From Myxococcota bacterium (GTDB taxonomy: Bacteria > Myxococcota_A > Polyangia > Polyangiales > Houyiibacteriaceae), in contig JBMCXW010000065.1 in the NCBI GenBank assembly GCA_048623775.1, forward strand, positions 1 to 17,575: a stretch of DNA of 17,575 bases, written 5' to 3'. The notes beneath the pieces were generated by a model. That model worked only from the letters and a program-made list of their open reading frames with translations. It was not told the DNA's origin and searched no databases. The position numbers and the translations under genes are program-made. This document shows, in pieces, positions 1-11,447 of this stretch (positions are counted from its first letter, which is position 1; each line of letters starts with the position of its first letter).

Positions 1-426
1 GGCGGCGGGCTGGGGATGCGCGGCTTGTCCGGCCCCTGGCCGGCCGGGGACGGTGCCCCGGCGCCCGACGGCCCCGCCGGAGGCGGCGCGGCTCCACCCG
101 CCCCGGCCCCGCCGCCCGGCGGGGTCATGGGCCCCATCATGGTCTGCTGGAAGGCCAGGTTCTTCTTCGGCTCCGCTTGCGATTCCCCAGGCGTGCCGGC
201 GGCCGGGCCCTGGGCCTCGCCGCCCGCCGGGGCGGCCTGCCCCTCCTCCTCGCCCTCGGCCGATTTGCCGGGCGGCTTGGGCGGGCTCATCCCCGTCATC
301 ATCATGGTGCCCTTGAACTTCGAGCCGGCGGGCTTGGCCTTCTCGAGCTCCTTGCCGCACGAGGCGCACTTCTCCGCCTGGTCGGTGTTGGGCTTGCCGC
401 AACTCGGACAGTAGATGGTCAACGCT
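1..426 (-). CDS. Small zinc-ribbon domain protein with a Pro/Gly/Ala-rich low-complexity tail. The gene is partial because the C-terminus runs off the window.
   Basis: The reverse-complement reading frame is open to the window edge. The N-terminus reads (TTG)TIYCPSCGKPNTDQAEKCASCGKELEKAKPAGSKFKGTMMMTG..., a double CxxC zinc-ribbon motif. A GGAGG Shine-Dalgarno sequence lies 6 nt upstream of the TTG at 426..424. The gene diverges from the nuo operon. The ORF tool did not list it because the frame runs off the edge. Confidence 0.45.
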
Positions 427-557
427 CCCCTCCAGGCTTCATAATGGGTGGGGGGCCGGAGGCCCACCGCCAGCCGCTTGCGAGGCAGCCGTACCGTAGC
501 GGCTCCGCCGGTCCGAGGAAACCCCTTTTCCCGCGGTTCGGCGGGGGTTTGCGGTCC

Positions 558-586
558 TTGACTTAAGCCACGTCGGCGCCTAGCGT
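558..586 (+). promoter_or_regulatory. Candidate sigma70-like promoter for the nuo operon: TTGACT, 17 bp spacer, TAGCGT.
   Basis: TTGACT lies at 558-563 and a TAnnnT hexamer (TAGCGT) at 581-586 with a 17-nt spacer. Both sit in the 247-bp divergent intergenic region about 90 nt upstream of the nuoE ATG. Confidence 0.3.
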
Positions 587-673
587 CCCGCTCGCTTGCC
601 CCCGCGAGAGCGCCTCGTGGTGAGGTGCGAGCACGGTCCGCCCTTCCCCGGGCGGGCTCCGCGGAACGCACCC

Positions 674-1174
674 ATGGCCTTCGCCCTCACACCCGAGCGA
701 GACAAGCGAGTCGACGAGATCCTCGGCCGATATCCCGATCGGCGGGCTGCCCTGATTCCGGTGCTCTGGCTCTGCCAGGAGCAGAACGGCTGGGTGAGCC
801 CCGACGTCATCCTGTTCGTGGCCGAGCGCCTGGGGATCTCGACCGCCGCCGTCAAGGGGGTGGTGACCTTCTACACCATGTTCCACGAGGAGCCGGTCGC
901 GCCGAACGTGGTGTGGGTGTGCCGGACGCTTTCCTGTGAGGTCCGCGGGGCCAAGGCGATCCAGGAGCACCTCGAGAAGCGCTTCGGATGCCACGTCGGG
1001 GAGACGAGCAAGGACGGCAAGTTCACGCTGCTGAAGGCGGAGTGCCTGGCCGCCTGCGGCCAGGCGCCCATGGTGCAGATCAACGACCGCTACTACGAGG
1101 ACCTGTCGATCGAGAAGCTGGACGAGGCCCTCGACCGGATCGACGCCGAGACACGGGTCCCGCAGGAGTCCTAA
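674..1174 (+). CDS. nuoE: NADH-quinone oxidoreductase subunit E (24 kDa subunit, thioredoxin-like [2Fe-2S]).
   Basis: The sequence MAFALTPERDKRVDEILGRYPDRRAALIPVLWLCQEQNGWVSPD... is followed by the four-Cys pattern CRTLSCEV...CLAACGQAPMVQIND that is typical of NuoE. The ATG at 674 was chosen over the upstream TTG at 596 because the N-terminus then matches the family. TAA stop at 1172-1174. Confidence 0.9.
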   Translation: MAFALTPERDKRVDEILGRYPDRRAALIPVLWLCQEQNGWVSPDVILFVAERLGISTAAVKGVVTFYTMFHEEPVAPNVVWVCRTLSCEVRGAKAIQEHLEKRFGCHVGETSKDGKFTLLKAECLAACGQAPMVQINDRYYEDLSIEKLDEALDRIDAETRVPQES

Positions 1175-1179
1175 CCGCC

Positions 1180-2559
1180 ATGTCGGAGCTCGAGCCCCTT
1201 CTGACCGCCCGCTACGGCATCGCCGACAGCCACACGATCGCCGTGGCTGAACGGGAGGGCGCATACCAGGTGGCGCGCAAGGCGTTCACGACCATGCAGC
1301 CCGAGCAGATCAAGGAAGAGGTCAAGAAGGCCAACATCCGGGGTCGGGGCGGTGCCGGTTTCCCCGCTGGCGTGAAGTGGGGGTTCTTGAACCCGGCGCC
1401 CGGGCAGAAGGTCTATCTGGTCGTCAACGCCGACGAGAGCGAGCCGGGGACGTTCAAGGACCGCACCATCATGGACCTGGATCCCCACCGGTTGCTCGAG
1501 GGGGTCCTCATCAGTTGCTATGGAATCGGTGCGAACACGGCGTACATCTACGTGCGCGGTGAGCTGAAGTTCTCCATCGACCGGCTCGAGCAGGCCATCG
1601 AGGAGGCGCGGGCGAAGGGCTATGTGGGTGACCGTCCCTTCGGCAAGGACCACCCGGTGAACATCTACGTTCACTCGGGGGCGGGGGCCTACATCTGCGG
1701 CGAGGAGACGGGGCTGCTCAACTCCCTCGAGGGCAAGCGAGGCGAGCCGCGGCTCAAGCCGCCGTTCCCGGCGCAGGTGGGGGTGTTCGGGGAGCCGACG
1801 ATCGTCAACAACGTGGAGACCATCGCGGCCGTGCCGGACATCATCGCCATGGGCGGCGACGCCTGGTCGGGGCTGAGCCGTCTCCCCGGGGACGGCGGGG
1901 TGCGGCTGTACGGCGTGAGCGGGCACGTCAAGAAGCCCGGCATCTACGAGGCGCCGGTGGGCATCACCCTTCGGGAGCTCATCGACGAATACGGCGGCGG
2001 CATGCTGCACGACGACCGCCCCCTGAAAGGGGTCATCCCGGGCGGCTCCTCCACTCCGGTTCTGCGGCCCGACCGCATGGTCGAGGCGCCCGATCCCGAG
2101 CACCCCTTGCACCAGTGGCACGGAAAGAGCGAGATCGACGTCCCCATGGGGGTCGATACCTACCGCGCGCTCGGCACCATGCTGGGGACCACCTGCGCCA
2201 TCGTGATGGACAGCTCGGTCAACATGGTGGACGCCTGTCGCAACCTGATGCGCTTCTACGCCCACGAGTCGTGCGGGCAGTGCACCCCGTGCCGCGAGGG
2301 CACCGGATGGCTCGTGGACGTGCTGGACGGCATCTGCGAGGGCCGCGGGCGCCCGGAGGACGTGGCGCTGCTCGTGGACATCGCCAACAACATGATGGGC
2401 AACACCATCTGTGCCTTCGCGGACGGCACGGCCATGCCGATGCTCGGGTTCATCCGGCAGTTTCGCGACGAGTTCCTCGAGGTGGTGAAGGCGGGGGGGC
2501 TCGGGTCCGAGGTCCGGCTCGACGACAGCACGCGCAAGCTGCTGGGGAGGGCCGCGTGA
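1180..2559 (+). CDS. nuoF: NADH-quinone oxidoreductase subunit F (51 kDa subunit; NADH, FMN and [4Fe-4S] binding).
   Basis: Motifs present are GRGGAGFPAGVKWGF, ESEPGTFKDR, CGEETGLLNSLEGKRGEPRLKPPFPAQVGVFGEPTIVNNVET and ESCGQCTPCREGTGW. The ATG at 1180 is 5 nt after the nuoE stop. The product is 459 aa. Confidence 0.93.
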   Translation: MSELEPLLTARYGIADSHTIAVAEREGAYQVARKAFTTMQPEQIKEEVKKANIRGRGGAGFPAGVKWGFLNPAPGQKVYLVVNADESEPGTFKDRTIMDLDPHRLLEGVLISCYGIGANTAYIYVRGELKFSIDRLEQAIEEARAKGYVGDRPFGKDHPVNIYVHSGAGAYICGEETGLLNSLEGKRGEPRLKPPFPAQVGVFGEPTIVNNVETIAAVPDIIAMGGDAWSGLSRLPGDGGVRLYGVSGHVKKPGIYEAPVGITLRELIDEYGGGMLHDDRPLKGVIPGGSSTPVLRPDRMVEAPDPEHPLHQWHGKSEIDVPMGVDTYRALGTMLGTTCAIVMDSSVNMVDACRNLMRFYAHESCGQCTPCREGTGWLVDVLDGICEGRGRPEDVALLVDIANNMMGNTICAFADGTAMPMLGFIRQFRDEFLEVVKAGGLGSEVRLDDSTRKLLGRAA

Positions 2560-3197
2560 ACGCGTCCACCGAGATCTTCGTGCTCCTGTGCGGCGTGTTC
2601 GCCTTGGGCGGCGCGCTGGCCACGGTGCTCGCCAAGAGCCCGCTCCGGGCGGCCATGGGGCTCCTGCTGAACATCGTGTCCCTGGCCGGGTTGTTTCTGG
2701 CGCTCCACGCCCAGCTTCTGGCGGTCATCCAGCTCATCGTGTACGCGGGCGCGGTCGTCGTGCTGTTCGTGTTCGTCATCATGCTGATCGGTCCGTCGGC
2801 GACCGTGGGGCACGACGCGCGGGGGCTCCTCGCGCGCACCGTCGGGTTGGCCTCCATGGCCATCGTGACGGGGGGGCTGCTCTTCGTTGCGCGCCGGTTC
2901 GTATTGCCGCCCGCCCAGGTGCCCACCTGTGCGCCCGGCCAGGCCGACTGCGTGCCCTTCGGCGGGGTGGAAGCCGTGGCTCGGGCCCTCTACGTCGACG
3001 CGGCGCTGCCCTTCGAGCTGCTCTCGGTCGCGTTGCTGGTTGCCGTCGTCGGTGCGGTGGCGGTGGCCCGCGGCCGATCGGCCGCGGAAGCGGAGGCGGC
3101 GCGGCGGCTGCAGGCGGAGCGCGAGGCCCGGGCGGCCAAGAAGCGCGAACAAGAAGAACGGTTGTCCGCCGAAGTGGCGGCCCACGGCGGGCACTGA
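2556..3197 (+). CDS. nuoJ: NADH-quinone oxidoreductase subunit J (ND6-like), with a charged C-terminal extension.
   Basis: The GTG start at 2556 overlaps the nuoF stop as GTGA, and GGGGAGG lies 5 nt upstream. IVYAGAVVVLFVFVIML and PFELLSVALLVAVVGAVAVAR are NuoJ hallmarks. The C-terminal roughly 40 aa are rich in E, R, A and K. Confidence 0.85.
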   Translation: MNASTEIFVLLCGVFALGGALATVLAKSPLRAAMGLLLNIVSLAGLFLALHAQLLAVIQLIVYAGAVVVLFVFVIMLIGPSATVGHDARGLLARTVGLASMAIVTGGLLFVARRFVLPPAQVPTCAPGQADCVPFGGVEAVARALYVDAALPFELLSVALLVAVVGAVAVARGRSAAEAEAARRLQAEREARAAKKREQEERLSAEVAAHGGH

Positions 3198-3221
3198 GAC
3201 CCATGGGAACGGGAGGGACGG

Positions 3222-3530
3222 TTGGAGATCGGCATCGGTGAGCTGTTGGGGCTTTCGACGGTCCTGTTCGGGATCGGCGCGATGGGCTTCCTCACGCGCC
3301 GGAACGTGCTCATCCAACTCATGTGCATCGAGCTGATGCTCAATGCGGTGAACGTGGCCCTGGTGGGGATGAACCGCTGGCTTCCGGGCGACCACGTCGG
3401 GCAGGTGTTCGCGTTCTTCGTCATCGCCGTTGCGGCTGCCGAAGCCGCGGTGGGGCTCGCCATCGTCATCAGCTACTTCCGGCTGAAGAAGACGGTGGAG
3501 ATCGACAAGGCGGACGCTCTGAGGCACTAG
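3222..3530 (+). CDS. nuoK: NADH-quinone oxidoreductase subunit K (ND4L-like).
   Basis: TTG start with GGGAGGG upstream. The 102-aa product has three TM segments and the conserved IELMLNAVNVALV and AAAEAAVGLAIV stretches. Confidence 0.85.
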   Translation: MEIGIGELLGLSTVLFGIGAMGFLTRRNVLIQLMCIELMLNAVNVALVGMNRWLPGDHVGQVFAFFVIAVAAAEAAVGLAIVISYFRLKKTVEIDKADALRH

Positions 3531-3557
3531 CGACGGGCAGGCTGGGGAAGAAGACCC

Positions 3558-7818
<4,261 letters not shown>

Positions 7819-7822
<4 letters not shown>

Positions 7823-9309
7823 GCCCCTGGTTCGTGCTCCTGCCCCTGTTCGTGCTGGCTGGCGGCGGCCTGATCGTGATGCTCGTGGACGCGTTCTCGA
7901 AGCGGGACGCGCAGGGGCGGGGTCCGGAGTTGCCCGTGCTCACGGCAGCGCTGCTCACCATCGCCGGGCTGAGCTCGCTCGCCCTGTGGCTGTTCGGCGG
8001 GCCGGCCGAGGTGCCCGAGCTGCTCGACGACTACCTGGCCGTGGACTCCATGGCCCTGTTCTTCGACGTGGTCATCTGCGGCGGCGGCGCGCTGAGCGCC
8101 CTGCTCGCGGGCGGCTACCTCGCCGAGCACCGGTTCGAGCGCGGTGAGTTCTACGTGCTTCTGCTGTTCAGCGCCTTCGGGGCCATGGTCCTGGCCCGCG
8201 CGACCGACCTGCTCACCCTGTTCATCGGCCTCGAGACCATGTCGCTGGGCGTGTACTGCATGATCGCCTTTCGGCGCACCAGCTCCCGCGCGGCGGAGGC
8301 GGCCATCAAGTACTTCCTGCTGGGCTCCTTCGCCGCGGCCATTCTCCTGTTCGGGAGCGCGTTGCTGTACGGCGCCACGGGCCATACGCGCCTGGCCGCG
8401 ATCGGCACGGCGGTGGCTGGCGGCGACGCGATCCTGCCGGTGGCCCTCATGGGGCTCGTGCTGGTGCTCGTGGGGCTCGCCTTCAAGGTGAGCGCCGTGC
8501 CGTTCCACATGTGGACGCCGGACGCCTACGAGGGCGCCCCCACGCCGGCCACCACCTTCATGTCGGTGGCGGTCAAGGCGGCGGCGTTCGCGGTGCTCGT
8601 GCGGGTGCTGGCGGTGTCCTTCGGCGACGAGCTGAGCGCCTCGGTGGCCACCGGCTGGCCCCCCGTGGTCGCGGGCCTGGCGGCGCTCAGCATGGTGGTT
8701 GGCAACGCCGCGGCGGTGGTCCAGCCCAGCGTCAAGCGCATGCTGGCGTACTCCTCCATCGCCCATGCCGGCTACGCGCTGGTGGCCGTGGCGGCCATGC
8801 ACGCGGTGGGGCAGGAGGGCGTGAGCGCCGTCCTGTACTACATGATGGCGTACACCGTCTCGAACGTGCTCGCCTTCGGCTCGCTCATCCTGATGGGGTC
8901 GTACGGCAAAGAGGCGGTGACGTACGAGGACCTGGCGGGGCTCGGCCGCCGGCACCCGCTCGCGGCGTTGCCGTTCGTGGTTGGCGTGCTTTCGCTCCTC
9001 GGCCTGCCGCCCACGGCCGGGTTCTTCGGCAAGTACTACGCCTTCAACGCGGCGGTGCAGGCCGACATGGTGTGGCTGGCGGTGCTGGGAGTCCTCGCAA
9101 GCGCGGTGGGTGCCTACTACTACCTGCGCGTCATCGTGTTTCTCTTCATGCGGGAGCCGCGGGCGGGCGCCCCGATCGCGGTGCCCATGCGGTCCGGGTA
9201 CGTGGCGGCGGCGCTGGTGGTCTCCGGCTACTTCGTCATGAAGATGGGCATCACACCCGGGACGTACCTGGACTGGGCCATCGAGGCGGCCCAGCAACTG
9301 GTGTCATGA
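7819..9309 (+). CDS. nuoN: NADH-quinone oxidoreductase subunit N (ND2-like).
   Basis: ATGA overlap with nuoM. 496 aa. Motifs FHMWTPDAYEGAPTPATTFMS and SIAHAGYALVAV are present. The protein is strongly hydrophobic. Confidence 0.9.
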
Positions 9310-10202
9310 GCGGGCGCGCGGCGGCACGGGCGTCGCAGTGGCTGCCGATTGCGCTCGTCGCGCTCGTCGGCTGCGAGAGTTGCCATCGCCCACCCGGCGA
9401 GGCGGCCGAGCCCGGTGCCGAGTCGGAGCCGGCGGTGCAGGGAGCCGAGGGGATCGGGGTCGTGGAAGGGGTGGTCCGCCTGGCCGAGGGCGCCGAGCTT
9501 CCCGAGTACTCGCGCGCGGCGCTCGAGGAGAAGCCGGACACGGAGCGGCCCGAGGGATGTCCGCCCCCGAAGCGGTCCGAGGTGCGGCCCGTGCGGCTCG
9601 GCGACGGGCGTGGGCTCGAGGGGGTGCTCGTGAGCGCGACCGATTTCTCCGAGTCGCCGCCGCACGAGCCGAAGCAGCGCGAGGTGGTGATCCGCGACTG
9701 CATCCTGCAGCCCGCGCTCGTGGTCGGCATGCGGGGCGAGCAGCTCGTCGTCCGGAACGAGAGCGACTATCCGTTCCTACCCCGCATCGCCGGCGACCCG
9801 TTCATGCAAGCGCTTCCCAAGGGGAAGAGCCGGGAGATCCCGCTCGAGCGCGGGGGCGCCTACCCGCTCGTGTGCGGGATGGGAGCCCCCTGCGGCCGGG
9901 CCGACGTGATCGTGCTGTATCATCCGGTGTACGCCGTGACGGAGTCGGGAGGCCGTTTCCGCATACCCAACGTGCCTGCGGACGGCCCGGTCAAGCTGCA
10001 CGCATGGCATCCGCTCTTCGAGGAGGCGGAGCTCGAAGTGGACGTCGAGCCCCGCGAGGCCCGGCAGGTCGCGCTGACGCTGAAGCCCGCCGAGCGTGTG
10101 CCCACCGACCCCGAGAAGAGGGATCCAAAGGCAAAGCCGGACGAAGCCGACACCGACGCGGAGGGCGACGACGACGAAGCCGATACCGACGCCGGCACCT
10201 GA
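9306..10202 (+). CDS. Putative lipoprotein, translationally coupled to nuoN, with a beta-sandwich segment like the carboxypeptidase regulatory domain and an acidic C-terminal tail.
   Basis: The ATG at 9306 overlaps the nuoN stop as ATGA. The N-terminus MSGRAAARASQWLPIALVALVGC has an LVGC lipobox. An internal stretch YAVTESGGRFRIPNVPADGPVKLHAW resembles the CarboxypepD_reg motif. The C-terminus is DEADTDAEGDDDEADTDAGT. I do not recognise a known family. Confidence 0.6.
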   Translation: MSGRAAARASQWLPIALVALVGCESCHRPPGEAAEPGAESEPAVQGAEGIGVVEGVVRLAEGAELPEYSRAALEEKPDTERPEGCPPPKRSEVRPVRLGDGRGLEGVLVSATDFSESPPHEPKQREVVIRDCILQPALVVGMRGEQLVVRNESDYPFLPRIAGDPFMQALPKGKSREIPLERGGAYPLVCGMGAPCGRADVIVLYHPVYAVTESGGRFRIPNVPADGPVKLHAWHPLFEEAELEVDVEPREARQVALTLKPAERVPTDPEKRDPKAKPDEADTDAEGDDDEADTDAGT

Positions 10203-10214
10203 ACGCGCGCGCCC

Positions 10215-10243
10215 TTGACACACGGGGGACGGGTATCCAAATG
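10215..10243 (+). promoter_or_regulatory. Candidate promoter for the encapsulin operon. A TTGACA hexamer is present but the -10 element is weak.
   Basis: TTGACA lies at 10215-10220, 35 nt upstream of the EncFtn start. No -10 element close to consensus was found at 16-18 nt spacing; the best candidate is CCAAAT. Confidence 0.2.
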
Positions 10244-10254
10244 TGGGGAACCAG

Positions 10255-10647
10255 ATGGCAGGTCAGTATCACGAGCCTCGCGACGTCCTGAGCACCAAGA
10301 CGCTCGACGTCAAACGCGCCATCGACTCCATGATGGAGGAGCTCGAGGCGATCGACTGGTACCGGCAGCGTGCGGAGGCCGCGTCCGATCCTGCGCTCCG
10401 CGCCATCCTGGACCACCACCAGCGCGAGGAGATCGAGCACTTCGCGATGCTGCTCGAATGGCTGCGCCGCAACGATGCGGACTTCGCCGACCAGCTCCGC
10501 GACTACCTGTTCACCGAAGGCGACATCGTGGCCGCCGAGGAAGAGGCGAACGGGCCCGGCGATCGGGGGAGCGGCTCCGCCGGCGAGGCGCCGGCCGAGC
10601 GCGAGTCCCGCCGCCGCACCATCGGGGGCCTGAAGGAGGGCACATGA
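10255..10647 (+). CDS. Encapsulated ferritin-like cargo protein (EncFtn) with a C-terminal encapsulin targeting peptide.
   Basis: MAGQYHEPRDVLSTKTLDVKRAIDSMMEELEAIDWYRQRAEAASDPALRAILDHHQREEIEHFAMLLEWLRRNDADF is near-collinear with the EncFtn of Rhodospirillum rubrum as I remember it, including the MEELEA...EEKEH ferroxidase residues. The C-terminal ...SRRRTIGGLKEGT fits the cargo-loading peptide pattern xIGxLK. A GGGGAA Shine-Dalgarno sequence lies 4 nt upstream of the ATG at 10255. A GTG at 10243 is an alternative start. Confidence 0.85.
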   Translation: MAGQYHEPRDVLSTKTLDVKRAIDSMMEELEAIDWYRQRAEAASDPALRAILDHHQREEIEHFAMLLEWLRRNDADFADQLRDYLFTEGDIVAAEEEANGPGDRGSGSAGEAPAERESRRRTIGGLKEGT

Positions 10648-11447
10648 TTCAGCCGGTGGTCCCCCACGGCCTGAGCGGGGAGCTGCTGCATCGCATCGAA
10701 GAGGCCGCGATGGAGCAGGCGCGCGAGGTGCTCACGGCGCGCAGGTTCCTGGAGTTCGAGGGGCCGCTCGGTGCGGGGGTTCCGTCCTTGCAGGTCGGCG
10801 ACCTGATCGAGGAGTCGGTGGACGACGAGGGCACCCTCATCGCCGCCCGGCGCGCGCTGCCCATCCCGACGCTACACGCCACCTTCCGGCTGCCCACCCG
10901 GGAGCTGCAGGGGGCGCAGGAGCACGGCTTCCCGCTGTCCACGGGGCCGGCCGAGGACGCCGCCGAGCGGGTGGCCCTCGCCGAGGAGCGGCTCATCTAC
11001 CACGGCCACGCCGATCTCGGCATCGGCGGCCTGCTGAACACCTCGGGCGCGCAGCGGACGGCCCTGTCGGACTGGTCGAACCCGGGCGCCGCCATCGGCG
11101 ACGTCATCGCCGCCGCCGACAAGCTGGACGCGGCCGGCGTGCACGCGCCCTTCGCCCTGGTGCTGGCGCCCACGCTCTACAACCAGCTCTTCCGCAAGTA
11201 CGAGGGCAGCGACGTCCTGGCCCTCGACCACCTGCGGCGGCTCGCCGCCGGAGGCATCTACAAGTCCCACGTGCTGCGGGACACGGCCGCCCTGGTGTCG
11301 CCGGACGTCGGGCCCCTCGTCTGCGCGCAGGACCTGCAGGTGAGCTTCCTCGACATGGCCGCCGACACGGTGCGCTTCCTCGTGTCGTCCAGCGTGGTGC
11401 TGCGGCTCGACGACGCCGCCGCCGTATGCGTGCTCGCTAGGAAGTAG
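10644..11447 (+). CDS. Family 1 encapsulin shell protein (linocin M18-like, HK97 fold).
   Basis: The ATG at 10644 overlaps the EncFtn stop as ATGA, and GAAGGAGGG lies upstream. The 267-aa product has RRFLEFEGPLGAGV and EERLIYHGHADLGIGGLL...DWSNPGAAIGDVIAAADKLDAAGVHAPFALVLAPTLYNQLFRKYEGSDVLALDHLRRLAAGGIYKSHVLR, which closely parallel the EncA of Myxococcus xanthus and the encapsulin of Thermotoga maritima as I remember them. Confidence 0.9.
   Translation: MIQPVVPHGLSGELLHRIEEAAMEQAREVLTARRFLEFEGPLGAGVPSLQVGDLIEESVDDEGTLIAARRALPIPTLHATFRLPTRELQGAQEHGFPLSTGPAEDAAERVALAEERLIYHGHADLGIGGLLNTSGAQRTALSDWSNPGAAIGDVIAAADKLDAAGVHAPFALVLAPTLYNQLFRKYEGSDVLALDHLRRLAAGGIYKSHVLRDTAALVSPDVGPLVCAQDLQVSFLDMAADTVRFLVSSSVVLRLDDAAAVCVLARK

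Noticed and set aside
531-549. GC hairpin cccgc-ggttcg-gcggg followed by GGTTTG, which could be an intrinsic terminator.
   Set aside because: No plus-strand gene ends upstream of it. The T-tract is only 3 nt. It lies upstream of the candidate nuo promoter, not after a gene.
16-566. Plus-strand ORFs 16..414, 53..316 and 177..566 at the left edge.
   Set aside because: They are Pro/Gly/Ala-rich shadows of the minus-strand zinc-ribbon gene, with which they share wobble positions. They have no Shine-Dalgarno sequence and no motif.
2115-2555. Upstream 147 codons of the listed 2115..3197 ORF, placed in front of nuoJ.
   Set aside because: This part lies inside nuoF in another frame. The NuoJ homology begins at the GTG at 2556, which has a GGGGAGG Shine-Dalgarno sequence.
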